From NCBI GenBank assembly GCA_049510745.1, contig JBEKYR010000012.1:4094-68093 (forward strand): a DNA stretch of 64,000 nucleotides, in the 5' to 3' direction. Source of the DNA: Verrucomicrobiota bacterium. Lineage in GTDB: Bacteria > Verrucomicrobiota > Verrucomicrobiia > Limisphaerales > Palsa-1400. Position numbers and translations under genes: made by a program. The notes under the pieces are model-generated. The model did no database searches. It saw only the letters and a list, made by a program, of their open reading frames with translations, and was not told where the DNA came from. Numbering within the stretch: position 1 is the first letter of the stretch; the number at the start of each line of letters is the position of its first letter. Shown one piece after another: positions 33,646-42,824 of this stretch.

Positions 33646-33867
33646 TCATTTGCCCTCAAACGCCTGGAATACGTCTTCCGACAACGGAGCGTTGAAGTCA
33701 TCCGGCACGATGAACTGGCCCTTTGCCAAACCAATCGGGCGCGGCTGGGAAGGCGGCGGCGGATTCAGAATGGTGAGCAGGCCGGATGCTTTCTCCGGCA
33801 GGGCCTCGGCGCCTTTCGGTAAAACGCGCCCGTGGTCGATTTCGACTTCCAGTGTCCGATAGCTCAT
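33646..33867 (-). CDS. Type II antitoxin-like protein (DUF104/DUF2281-type, VapB-like), orphan
   Basis: 'TLEVEIDHGRVLPKGAEALPEKASGLLTIL' matches the DUF104-like pattern. The C-terminal 'GLAKGQFIVPDDFNAPLSEDVFQAFEG' matches the G..G....DDFDAPL....F.G antitoxin tail. Confidence 0.55.
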   Translation of the reverse strand: MSYRTLEVEIDHGRVLPKGAEALPEKASGLLTILNPPPPSQPRPIGLAKGQFIVPDDFNAPLSEDVFQAFEGK

Positions 33868-34063
33868 GGCATGAAGTTACACTTGGACTCGCATGGCTGC
33901 AAGATCGCTTCTGGGCCGTTGGCGCCCGGCTTCAACGGTTATGCGCCCACACTGACTCCCCCGGCGCCGGAGGGCCGCTTTGCGATTGCCGTTGTTTTGC
34001 CTTTTGACTTTTTGCCTCTCCGGGGCAACGCTCAGTCAGGACATCGGAATAATTGACAACGTC

Positions 34064-34699
34064 ATGAAGATCGAAACCCGCTCCGAATACACGCGCGGTG
34101 CATTGGACCGGGCCAGCCTCAAGCCCAGCCCGCTGGACCAGTTTGCCCTTTGGTTTCAGCAGGCGATGGACGCCAACATCGTTGAGCCAAACGCCATGAG
34201 CCTGGCCACAACGGGGGCCGATCAGCGGCCCCTGGCACGCACGGTCCTGCTGAAAATCTACGATGAGCGCGGTTTCGTCTTTTTCACCAATCTCGAAAGC
34301 CGCAAGGCCCGCCAGATCGCGGAGAACCCCAACGTTTCCCTGCTTTTTCCCTGGCTGGCTCTGGAACGCCAGGTCATCGTCTGCGGCTCGGCGGAGAAGG
34401 TCTCCACCGCCGAAACGCTGGCCTATTTCATCACCCGCCCGCGCGGCAGCCAACTGGGCGCCTGGGTCTCGGCGCAAAGCTCGGTCATCACGACCCGTTC
34501 GCTGCTGGAGCAGAAATGGGAGGAAATGAAGCGCAAATTCGGCGAGGGCGAGGTGCCCCTTCCCTCCTTTTGGGGCGGCTACCGCGTCGTCCCCCGCGAA
34601 ATCGAGTTCTGGCAAGGCCGTCCCAGCCGCTTGCACGACCGCTTTCTTTACACCCGCCAACCCGACGGCTCCTGGACCATCGACCGCCTGGCCCCGTGA
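34064..34699 (+). CDS. pdxH: Pyridoxamine/pyridoxine 5'-phosphate oxidase
   Basis: '[24 protein letters not shown]', '[17 protein letters not shown]', '[17 protein letters not shown]'. Start at 'MKIETRSEY' (ATG 34064). Confidence 0.93.
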   Translation: MKIETRSEYTRGALDRASLKPSPLDQFALWFQQAMDANIVEPNAMSLATTGADQRPLARTVLLKIYDERGFVFFTNLESRKARQIAENPNVSLLFPWLALERQVIVCGSAEKVSTAETLAYFITRPRGSQLGAWVSAQSSVITTRSLLEQKWEEMKRKFGEGEVPLPSFWGGYRVVPREIEFWQGRPSRLHDRFLYTRQPDGSWTIDRLAP

Positions 34700-34897
34700 G
34701 CGGGCTGTCTGTGATTCCTAATCCGTTATGAAAGAAACGGATGGGACGGAAGGGACAAAAAGGACGAAAGGGACATCGTACGCAACACAAGCCTCCACGA
34801 CAACTTACGGATTGTGTGTCTTGAGAGGCTGGAAGCCGCTCGGAATTTGGATGGGTAAAACCTGTCGTTTTAGCCAAGGTCCTGCTTAATCTGGGGT

Positions 34898-35923
34898 ATG
34901 AAGTTGGTCCACTGTGCTTGTCTTGCGCTCGTTTTGGCGCTGCTGGGCGGCTCCTGCGTTTCGACGCGGACTGACGTGGCGGCGCCGGGCCGTTACGAGT
35001 TTCAACAGCCGGAAATGGGTGTGCCGTTCCGCATCGTCCTGTATGCGCCGTCGGAGAACGCGGCCCAGGGAGCGGCGGCGGCGGCTTTTCAGCGGGTCAA
35101 ACAACTGAACGACATTATGACGGATTACGATTCGGACAGCGAATTGAGCCGTCTGTCGCAAACTTCCGGGCAGGACAAGGAAGTGGAGGTCAGCCCTGAT
35201 CTTTGGGTGGTGCTGGAGCGGGCGCAGCAATTGGCCGAACGCAGCCACGGCGCGTTCGATGTGACCGTCGGGCCTTTGGTGAACCTGTGGCGTTTCGCCC
35301 GGCGCCAGGGCGCGCTGCCCGATCCCGCCCGCCTGGCCCGAGCGCGCCTGGCCGTCGGCCACACCAAAATGCGGCTGGACCCGCTGCGCCACAGCGTCAA
35401 ACTGCTGGCACCCGAGATGCGGCTGGACTTGGGCGGGATTGCCAAGGGCTACGCGGTCGATCAAGCGCTCCGGACATTGGGCCGCCGCGGCATCACCAGC
35501 GCGCTGGTTTCCGGCGGCGGCGACCTGGCCGTGAGCGGCCCGCCGCCCGGAAAGGACGGCTGGCGCATCGAATTGCCGCCGCTGGACGCGAGCAACGCGC
35601 CGCCCGCGCGATTTGTGCTGTTGTCGCATGCGGGTCTCTCGACGTCCGGGGATCTTTTTCAACGGCTGGAGAGCGGGGGCAAGCGGTATTCGCACATCGT
35701 TGATCCGCGCACAGGGGTGGGGTTGACCGATCACAGCTTGGTGACGGTGATCGCGCCGGACGATTTCACGGCGGACGGGCTGACGAAAGTGGCGAGCGTG
35801 CTGCCGCCGAAAGAAGCGTTGAAATTCATCCGCCAGACGCCGGGGGCCGCCGTGCGGATCGTGCGCCAACCCGGGGCGAAGGTGGAGGTGTACGAAGCGC
35901 GTTTCCGGCGATATTACGAATAG
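34898..35923 (+). CDS. apbE: FAD:protein FMN transferase (ApbE family), probable lipoprotein
   Basis: 'GAFDVTVGPLVNLWRF', 'LDLGGIAKGYAVDQAL', 'SALVSGGGDLAVSG', 'LSTSGD...YSHIVDPRTG'. The signal ends in 'LLGGSC'. Confidence 0.9.
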   Translation: MKLVHCACLALVLALLGGSCVSTRTDVAAPGRYEFQQPEMGVPFRIVLYAPSENAAQGAAAAAFQRVKQLNDIMTDYDSDSELSRLSQTSGQDKEVEVSPDLWVVLERAQQLAERSHGAFDVTVGPLVNLWRFARRQGALPDPARLARARLAVGHTKMRLDPLRHSVKLLAPEMRLDLGGIAKGYAVDQALRTLGRRGITSALVSGGGDLAVSGPPPGKDGWRIELPPLDASNAPPARFVLLSHAGLSTSGDLFQRLESGGKRYSHIVDPRTGVGLTDHSLVTVIAPDDFTADGLTKVASVLPPKEALKFIRQTPGAAVRIVRQPGAKVEVYEARFRRYYE

Positions 35924-36071
35924 ATTTTTGAAACAATTTCGCCTCCCGCCGGGTTTTCCAGACAGCCAGACAACGAGAAATGAATGAGGATGTTGTCAAT
36001 GAAAGTGGAACTGTTTTGCTTCCGGCCAGGGGCCGGGCGTAAGGTGCGTTCTCGACGGTCGAGCATCGGCC

Positions 36072-36626
36072 ATGACAGACGCCCAACAATTCGAAGCGTT
36101 CATGCGAAAGTACCAAAATATGGTTTTTAGCACCGCCATGCGCTTGGTGGCCCAAACGGCCGAAGCGGAGGACATCTCGCAGGAGGTGTTTCTGCGGGCC
36201 TTCGAACACTTCGACGAATTGCGCGAGAACCCGCGCGCGCCGGGCTGGCTCAAAACGGTGGCCGTCAACCTGAGCCTCAATCATCTCTCGCGCTACCGCT
36301 CGCGCTGGAGCTTTTTCTCCGATTTTTTTCATGCCAGCGAATCCGGCGAGACGGCGGAGATCGAGTTTGCCGCGCCGGACAACGTCGAGCAGGACCTGGA
36401 GAGGTCGGAACAGCGCCGGTTGATCGAGCAGGCCCTGCGCCAATTGCCCGCCGCCCAGCGCGTGCCGCTGGCGCTCTTTCATCTGGAGGGCCTGAGATAC
36501 GAGGAAATCGCCGCGCGCCTGGGCGCTTCGCTGGGAAAAGTGAAGACCGATATTTTCCGCGGACGGGAAGCGTTGCGCAAGAGGCTGGAGCCGACGCTGG
36601 GCAGAGATTGGAGGGGGCAAGCATGA
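36072..36626 (+). CDS. ECF-type RNA polymerase sigma-70 factor
   Basis: Region 2: 'AEDISQEVFLRAF...GWLKTVAVNLSLNHLS'. Region 4: 'LPAAQRVPLALFHLEGLRYEEIAARLGASLGKVKTDIFRGREALRK'. Confidence 0.9.
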   Translation: MTDAQQFEAFMRKYQNMVFSTAMRLVAQTAEAEDISQEVFLRAFEHFDELRENPRAPGWLKTVAVNLSLNHLSRYRSRWSFFSDFFHASESGETAEIEFAAPDNVEQDLERSEQRRLIEQALRQLPAAQRVPLALFHLEGLRYEEIAARLGASLGKVKTDIFRGREALRKRLEPTLGRDWRGQA

Positions 36627-37099
36627 AACCCGAATTCGACGCGGAGCTGGAGGCGCAAATCGACCGCCACTTGAAAGACCTGCCGGACCTGGCCGCCCCG
36701 CCCGGATTGGTCGCGCGGACGATGAACGCCCTGGCGCGGCCGGCCCCGGCGCGGTGGCAGGCGCGGCCGTGGCCGGAGTGGCCCGCCGGGTGGCGCGTGG
36801 CGTTTTTAGTTTTGACTTGCGGCGTCCTGGGGACGGTGTTCCTGGGCTGGCGGGCGGCGGCCCCGCAACTGGCGGCCGTCACGCTGCCCCGGCTCTCGCA
36901 TTGGGCGGCCGCCGCCGGGTGTGTTTGGAACACCCTGGGCGCGCTGGCGGGGGCGGTCACGCTGGTGGCGCGGCATTTCGGCAACGGCTTCGTGCTGGCC
37001 TGCCTGGTGGCGGGGGCGATGGCCTACGCGGCCTGCATCGGATTCGGCACATTGGTAATCCGCTTCGCATTCGCGCCGGCGGGAAGATATCGCTTATGA
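36623..37099 (+). CDS. Membrane anti-sigma factor candidate
   Basis: An ATGA overlap joins it to the sigma-factor stop. A short cytoplasmic N-terminus ('MKPEFDAELEAQIDRHL') is followed by several transmembrane helices. Confidence 0.65.
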   Translation: MKPEFDAELEAQIDRHLKDLPDLAAPPGLVARTMNALARPAPARWQARPWPEWPAGWRVAFLVLTCGVLGTVFLGWRAAAPQLAAVTLPRLSHWAAAAGCVWNTLGALAGAVTLVARHFGNGFVLACLVAGAMAYAACIGFGTLVIRFAFAPAGRYRL

Positions 37100-38598
37100 A
37101 AATCGCGAAAATGATTCACTCATCGCTGGCCGCGGCGCTCGGCCTGCTGCTCGTGGCTCCCGGCGCCCTGAACGCGGCGGAAACCGTAGAGGCCGAGGCG
37201 TCCACCAACGGTCCCGCCGCCGCGCCAACGAAAACAAAAATCCATCATGACGCGCTGGTGTTCATTGGGCAGGACGCCGAGTTGAAGGCCGGAGAATCGG
37301 CGGAAGCCGTGGTCGTCATCGGCGGCTCGGCCAAAGTGCTCGGGGATGTGGATGAGAATGTGGTTGTCATTGGCGGCGATGCGGAGGTGCGGGGCGATGT
37401 CGGCGGCAACGTCGTGACCATCATGGGCAACGCGCATCTCGGCCCGAAGGCGGCGGTGCATGGGGATTTGGTGTCCGTGGGAGGCAGATTCACTTTGGCC
37501 GACGGCGCGACGGTCGGGGGACACACGCAGGAAGTGGGCATTGGCGCCGGGCCGGCCGGTGTTCTGCGGGCGCAATGGCTGAGGACATGGTTCCGGGATT
37601 GCGTGATGGAACTGCGCCCGCTGGCGCCCGGTGTGGGGTGGCTCTGGTGGATCGCCGGGACATTATTCCTGGTCTATTGGTTGATTGCCGTCCTGTTTCC
37701 CCATCCGGTGCAATGTTGCGTCAACCAGCTCTCGGCCCGTCCGGCCACGACGCTGGCCGTGGGCATCCTGGCGAAGTTGGCGATGCCGTTCGTCTTTGTG
37801 CTTTTGTTGTTTACATGCGTCGGCATCTTGGTGATTCCGTTTGTCGTCGCGGCGGGGTTGTTGGCGCTGCTGGTGGGGAAGGTGGCGATATTGCAATACC
37901 TGGGCGGCAGGCTGGGGAGTCCTTTTGGCCTGAAACCCGCCCAAGCGCCCGTGTTCGCGTTTGTCATCGGGGCAGTTTTAATCACGTTACTCTACATGGT
38001 GCCGATCATAGGGCTGCTCACACTGATAGGCGTGAGCCTCTGGGGATATGGGGCGGCGGTGACGGCCATCTGCGTGGCAATGCGGCGCGAGACGCCGCCC
38101 CCCGCGCCCATGCCGCCGCTGGGATTTGTTGCGCCCGGCCCGGGCGAGGGCTTCTCCGCGCAGGCAGCGCCGCCCGTGGGGGCGGCGGCGGCCGGGCCGG
38201 CCATCAGCCTGCCCCAGGCGCTGGCCTTTCCGCGGGCGGGATTTTGGGAACGGATGGGGGCCGGTTTTCTTGACATGGCTGTGATCTGTTTGAGCGCGGC
38301 CCTAGCCGGCCCGTTTGCCTCCCTGGTGGGCGTGGCCTATTTCACCGGGATGTGGGCGTGGAAGGGAACGACGGTGGGAGGGATCGTGCTCAATTTGCAA
38401 GTGGTGCGGCAGGATGGGCAGCCGCTGAGTTTTCTGGCCGCTTTTGTGCGGTGTGTGGCGGCGGTGTTTTCAGCCCTGGTGCTCTTCCTGGGCTTCTTCT
38501 GGATAGGTTGGGATCGTGAAAAGCAGGGCTGGCACGACAAGATCGCGGGCACGGTCGTGGTCCGCCTGCCCAGACCGATCTCCCTGGTCTGCCTCTGA
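37096..38598 (+). CDS. Exported beta-helical (bactofilin/DUF583-like repeat) domain, polytopic membrane region and C-terminal RDD domain
   Basis: An ATGA overlap joins it to the anti-sigma stop. Signal 'MKIAKMIHSSLAAALGLLLVAPGALNA'. Repeats 'VVVIGGSAKVLGDVDENVVVIGGDAEVRGDVGGNVVTIMGNAHL'. RDD-like tail 'GFWERMGAGFLD...RQDGQPLSF...WDREKQGWHDKIAGTVVV'. Confidence 0.8.
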   Translation: MKIAKMIHSSLAAALGLLLVAPGALNAAETVEAEASTNGPAAAPTKTKIHHDALVFIGQDAELKAGESAEAVVVIGGSAKVLGDVDENVVVIGGDAEVRGDVGGNVVTIMGNAHLGPKAAVHGDLVSVGGRFTLADGATVGGHTQEVGIGAGPAGVLRAQWLRTWFRDCVMELRPLAPGVGWLWWIAGTLFLVYWLIAVLFPHPVQCCVNQLSARPATTLAVGILAKLAMPFVFVLLLFTCVGILVIPFVVAAGLLALLVGKVAILQYLGGRLGSPFGLKPAQAPVFAFVIGAVLITLLYMVPIIGLLTLIGVSLWGYGAAVTAICVAMRRETPPPAPMPPLGFVAPGPGEGFSAQAAPPVGAAAAGPAISLPQALAFPRAGFWERMGAGFLDMAVICLSAALAGPFASLVGVAYFTGMWAWKGTTVGGIVLNLQVVRQDGQPLSFLAAFVRCVAAVFSALVLFLGFFWIGWDREKQGWHDKIAGTVVVRLPRPISLVCL

Positions 38599-38632
38599 AC
38601 CTGCGATCACGGCTTGGCGGGGACCCGCCTCG

Positions 38633-41600
38633 TCAGTCGGATTTCACCCGGATGAAGAGGGCGCGGGTGTTGGGCGGAATCGGCGTCGAAATGGTCTGAG
38701 TGGAGTTGCTGCCCATGACCGTGCCGGAAACACTCCAGGAACGGGAGGCCAGATTGGTGCTGGTCTGGATCGTATAAAGAACACTGGAGGCGCCAAAGAA
38801 GGAAAACTGGACGTTCGTTCCGACCCGCTGCGGGTTGAGCAGGGTGACGGGTGAGGCCACCGGCGATTCGGTGATTTTAGCCAGCAGTCCGCCCGTGGTG
38901 GAGAAGAACGCGACGCCGGTGCCGTAGTAATACAAGTAACCGTCGCTGTAAACGGAGTTGGTGCCGAATTGGGCCGGCAGATTGACTTGAACGATTTTGT
39001 TGAAACCACTGGCCCAGACGCCGTCGGACGCGGCCGCGATGCCGCGGAAGTTGGCCTCGTAAGGGGAAACTCCATTGAGCGCCCAAAGCGGGTTGCCGTT
39101 GCGGTCAAACTTGGCCACAAAGGGCTGGGAGAAATAATTGGAGCCGAGGTCGTTTTGGTAGTACTCCGGAGCGGCGATGAGATCGTTGCCGAAGTAGGAG
39201 AAATTGTCAAAGTCGCCGCTGACGTAAACGCCGGAGGCGTTGGCGGCCGAAGCCCAGGGCATGGTGGTGGCGCCGCCGAAGGTGGAGGCCACCTGAGCGT
39301 TGCCGTTGGTGTCGTAACGCGCGAAGTATTGCGCGCGTCCGCCCGGCAAGGAAACGGAAAGGCTGCCGAAGACGGCGGTGGAGCCGTAAGCGGTGCCGGT
39401 GAGGAAGACATCCGATCCCGCCACAGAAAGCAGCGGAAAATCGTCGTCGATGCCAGCTTGTTTTGCGGCGTACTGCTCGCCGACGCCGCGCAGCCAGAGC
39501 GGCTGGCCGGTGGAGGCGTTGAGGGCAGCCAGTCCGTAGGCGCGATCGGTGAGGTTGGAAAGAGAGCCGATGCTGAGGTTGGTCACGCCGCCGGAGGAGG
39601 AAGCGATCATGGAAAGGTAAATTTGTCCGCCGCCGCAAGCCAGATTCACCGGGAAATCGGGCAGGACCGATGCCCAGCGGACCACGCCGTTGGCATCGTA
39701 TTGAGCGAGGAATCCCATCTGACCGGGGGCCGTAAGATTGGTTCCGCCGAAATCGACGGTTCCGGACATGATGCCCGCGACGGTGACATTGCCGGCGGCG
39801 TCGGAAACGAGGGTGTTGTAGAGGTCGAAGACGCCGTTGGTTTTGCCAATGAATCTGGACCAGATGTTGCTGCCGCCGGCATCGAAGCGGGAGAGCAGAA
39901 GGGAGGCGCCGCCAGTGTTGGAGAATTGGTTGGATCCCAGCCAGTTGGTGCCGAAGAGAACAGCGGCCAAATAAGCGCCGTTTGCGGGAGCCGGCGCGAC
40001 GCAGAGGGCATAGCTGTAGCTGGCAAGCTGGTTATTGGTCAGGCCAGCGACCCAGAGCGGTTTGCCATCGGGGTCGTATTTGACCAGCGCGGCGCCGCCG
40101 TAGGTTCCAAGCGCGGTCAGAGTATTGAGGGTGACGAAGTTGGTTTCGACGTTCACATTTCCAATATACTGGTCGGCGGCATAGACATCTCCCGCCGAAT
40201 CCACCGCGCAGCCGCCATAGTAATCGCTGATCACGTTGGTCCCGTCGTCGGCGGCATAGAGCGGAGACTTGACGGCGACCGACCAGCCGGGCGGCAACGG
40301 GGCGCTGACGAAAGTGACAGCGGCCGTGAGGGTGGTGGCCGAGCCGGCCAGATTGGTGGCCACGGCGTAATAGCTTCCGGCCACTCCGGGAGCGCCGGAG
40401 TTGGTGGGAATGTAGAAGGAACTGGTCGCGCCGGAGATCGCGCCGACGCCGACTTGGTACCATTGCCAGGTTGGAGGGGGATTGCCGGTGGCGCTGGCGG
40501 AAAGCCAGACCGGGTATCCGGAATAGTTGGTCTGGCTGAACGGATTCAAGGTAATAACGGGAAGCGTGTCGGGGGCATAACTCACTTCATCCAAAAATGC
40601 CGCTTGGGTGGGATCGGTGTCACCATCGGCGAAGACCGTCCAGTCCAACGTATGCTGGCCGGCGGGAATGGGGAAAGGACCGTCCTGATACCAGGAATTA
40701 TCGCCGTAAATCGAATCCACATTATTATTGAGAGCATCGCCGTCCAGGTAGAATTCGCAATAGAAGCCGCTGCTGGGGTCGTTGGCGATGCTCGACCAAT
40801 AAAAGGTAAGCGTTCCCGGTCCGGTGACGGTGGCTGAGATGGTCGAAGATTGAGAATTGGTCACACTGCCGCTTTGCGCGGCGGAGACGCCGTCTTGCGT
40901 GTTGGTGGTTTCAACGAACCAGGAGGCATCGCCGAAGGTGGCCCAGTTGAGATTGGTCGCATTGAGCGCCTGCCCCAGCAAATTGAGAGGCGAGACCGGG
41001 ATATTGGTGACGATTTGGCCGGGATTCTGGAAAAGATAAAGCGCGTTGCTGTCGCCGATCGCCCCGTCGTAGATTTGCAGGTCGTCCACGACGCCGACGA
41101 ATCCGGCAAAGGAACTCCAGTTGAAATCGAGGGTCAGCCCGCCGCAGTTGGCCAGCAGATTGGTCCCGCCGAGGTCCTGGTTGTCCAAGACGCCGTTGAC
41201 GTAGATTTTGCGCGTGCCCGATGGCAGGTCGCGCGTGACCACCAGATGGACGAACGAGCCGGTGTTGATGGACGCCGTGGAATGCAGCGTCGTCTGGCTG
41301 TCGCCGGTGTAAAAAGCCAGTTTGCCGCCCGTTTGTGCCATGGGAATGCAATCATTGGTGCTGTCGCCGTTGTTGACGGCCGAAAAGAGGCCCGCGCCGC
41401 TGGTGGCGGCGTCGGTGTCGTTGCCGAAGAGGTTGGTCGTCTCCAGCCAGACGGCGACGGAAAAGCTTCCCTCGATGGCCGACACAACCGGCTGCGGCAG
41501 GTCCAGCCAATTGTCGCCGGGGCAGAGCAGCGCCTCGCCGCCCTCGACGCTGTAGTTGGTGTAAGTCAGCGCGGCGGGGCCATCCCAAGCGCTGCCGTTG

Positions 41601-42430
41601 GAATCATTTCCGTTGCCAGAACTGTCAGCGCCGAGATTATTCGTGTTATCGAAGGTGTAACGGGCGACCAGCGGGGGCGGTGCGCCGACAAAAAAGCGGG
41701 ACGAATCGGACACGTGCAACCCGCCGGTGCCGTCCCAATTGGTCATCGGCTGGCCCAGGGAGTTGGTCGGGGTGGAGAGCACGATTTTGGCCGTGGGAGC
41801 ATAATAATTGACATCCAGGCTGTTGAAGCCGTAGGGCAATAGGTCGTAAGGCGTCCAATTGTTGGTTGTCAGCGGCAGGTCGGCCCCGTCATAGAACGAG
41901 TAGTTGTCATTATGCGCATCGACCTGCAGGTCGGAGAAATTGGTCGGGCCGGTCCAGACACACAACGGCTGCGAGGCAACGTCCACCGCGCCATTGGCCG
42001 GGGAGGAAATCAGCACATCGGGCAGGTCATTGGTCGTCAGGCCGTTGAGAGAAACGGTGAAGTAATTGGTTTGTGGCGAGCCGGAGCCTGCATTGATGAC
42101 GAGGGTCCAAAGGCCGTTGGTAAACTCAGTGAGGACGTTGCTGATGTTGTTGGGAAAAGCCCATCCGCCGCTGGTGCCGCCCGGGCCGATGCTCGCGGTG
42201 TAGAGGCCGTTGGGGGAGGTTATTTGGTCGTAGGTGATGGGTGTGTTGGTGCTGCTCAAATCCAAGTCGGCGCCAAAAAACAAATTGCCTTCCTGAGTCG
42301 AGCCGGATTTGCTCGCGCGCAACAGAAAGCTGATCTGGTCGGCCCGGACGCATTGCGCCAGGACAAAAATGAGGATGGGGAGAAGGAACGAGCGCCAACC
42401 GGCGCCAGTTCCGCGGAGGGAATGCTTCAT
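38633..42430 (-). CDS. Giant secreted surface protein (about 1265 aa): LamG/ConA-like, Ig-like and beta-propeller (SBBP-like) repeats plus a C-terminal '...FIRV' beta domain
   Basis: Signal 'MKHSLRGTGAGWRSFLLPILIFVLAQCVRA' (cat at 42428-42430). LamG: 'LVARYTFDN...GNGNDSNG...SFSVAVWL...LVVTRD...KIYVNGVL'. Ig: 'PPPTWQWYQVG...GSYYAVATNLAGS'. Propeller-like: 'GDVYAADQ', 'DGKPLWVAG', 'GNPLWAL'. Confidence 0.85.
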   Translation of the reverse strand: MKHSLRGTGAGWRSFLLPILIFVLAQCVRADQISFLLRASKSGSTQEGNLFFGADLDLSSTNTPITYDQITSPNGLYTASIGPGGTSGGWAFPNNISNVLTEFTNGLWTLVINAGSGSPQTNYFTVSLNGLTTNDLPDVLISSPANGAVDVASQPLCVWTGPTNFSDLQVDAHNDNYSFYDGADLPLTTNNWTPYDLLPYGFNSLDVNYYAPTAKIVLSTPTNSLGQPMTNWDGTGGLHVSDSSRFFVGAPPPLVARYTFDNTNNLGADSSGNGNDSNGSAWDGPAALTYTNYSVEGGEALLCPGDNWLDLPQPVVSAIEGSFSVAVWLETTNLFGNDTDAATSGAGLFSAVNNGDSTNDCIPMAQTGGKLAFYTGDSQTTLHSTASINTGSFVHLVVTRDLPSGTRKIYVNGVLDNQDLGGTNLLANCGGLTLDFNWSSFAGFVGVVDDLQIYDGAIGDSNALYLFQNPGQIVTNIPVSPLNLLGQALNATNLNWATFGDASWFVETTNTQDGVSAAQSGSVTNSQSSTISATVTGPGTLTFYWSSIANDPSSGFYCEFYLDGDALNNNVDSIYGDNSWYQDGPFPIPAGQHTLDWTVFADGDTDPTQAAFLDEVSYAPDTLPVITLNPFSQTNYSGYPVWLSASATGNPPPTWQWYQVGVGAISGATSSFYIPTNSGAPGVAGSYYAVATNLAGSATTLTAAVTFVSAPLPPGWSVAVKSPLYAADDGTNVISDYYGGCAVDSAGDVYAADQYIGNVNVETNFVTLNTLTALGTYGGAALVKYDPDGKPLWVAGLTNNQLASYSYALCVAPAPANGAYLAAVLFGTNWLGSNQFSNTGGASLLLSRFDAGGSNIWSRFIGKTNGVFDLYNTLVSDAAGNVTVAGIMSGTVDFGGTNLTAPGQMGFLAQYDANGVVRWASVLPDFPVNLACGGGQIYLSMIASSSGGVTNLSIGSLSNLTDRAYGLAALNASTGQPLWLRGVGEQYAAKQAGIDDDFPLLSVAGSDVFLTGTAYGSTAVFGSLSVSLPGGRAQYFARYDTNGNAQVASTFGGATTMPWASAANASGVYVSGDFDNFSYFGNDLIAAPEYYQNDLGSNYFSQPFVAKFDRNGNPLWALNGVSPYEANFRGIAAASDGVWASGFNKIVQVNLPAQFGTNSVYSDGYLYYYGTGVAFFSTTGGLLAKITESPVASPVTLLNPQRVGTNVQFSFFGASSVLYTIQTSTNLASRSWSVSGTVMGSNSTQTISTPIPPNTRALFIRVKSD

Positions 42431-42699
42431 AGGCAAGGGATGTGATATTGGTTTATTCAAAACGACGCGATACACAATTCCGATTTTAACTCCCCTCTGT
42501 AACCTGGAATCGCCCGTTTGTCAATGAAAATGCCCTCTGTCGGCGCTCATGACTGCCACCACCGTCAGAGGGGTCGAGCCTGGCCTGCAAGAACCCTCGC
42601 TCCCTCAAGAAACTCCGGAGGCTGCGCCACTCCCTCGTTCATCGCAAACCCAGCGCCGCAAACAAATCTTGCTCAGAAGCCGGCAGAGGCCTTATCGTT

Positions 42700-42810
42700 G
42701 CCTTGGTTTTGCCAGGGCCCATGGAATGTGGACTTACGAACCCCGCGAGGGCAGGAATGCAGCAACGGCAGTTTGCTCCGCATCCGCCGTGGTCACCCTG
42801 GCATTTCCCC
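42700..42810 (+). ncRNA. ffs: Signal recognition particle RNA (small 4.5S-type); ends approximate
   Basis: A long imperfect hairpin spans 42711-42802 ('gccaggg' pairs with 'ccctggc'). Its apex 'gaGGgca-GGAA-tgcAGCAacggcag' (GGAA at 42754-42757) parallels E. coli helix 8 'caGGucc-GGAA-ggaAGCAgccaaggcag'. It sits immediately upstream of dnaX, as in Bacillus. Confidence 0.65.
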
Positions 42811-42824
42811 TGTTTTCAAGTGAC

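Noticed and set aside
33407-33649. 80-aa ORF as the VapC/PIN toxin partner of the antitoxin
   Set aside because: Despite the ATGA junction it lacks the PIN acidic residues, for example the N-terminal 'D' in an LDT-like context. It also runs antisense across the end of the converging ORF, so it is probably a degenerate remnant or a chance ORF.
42549-42824. N-terminal 92-codon extension of dnaX given by the ORF track
   Set aside because: The extension has no DnaX homology and overlaps the SRP RNA hairpin. The conserved 'MSYQVIARKYRPQ' start is at 42825.
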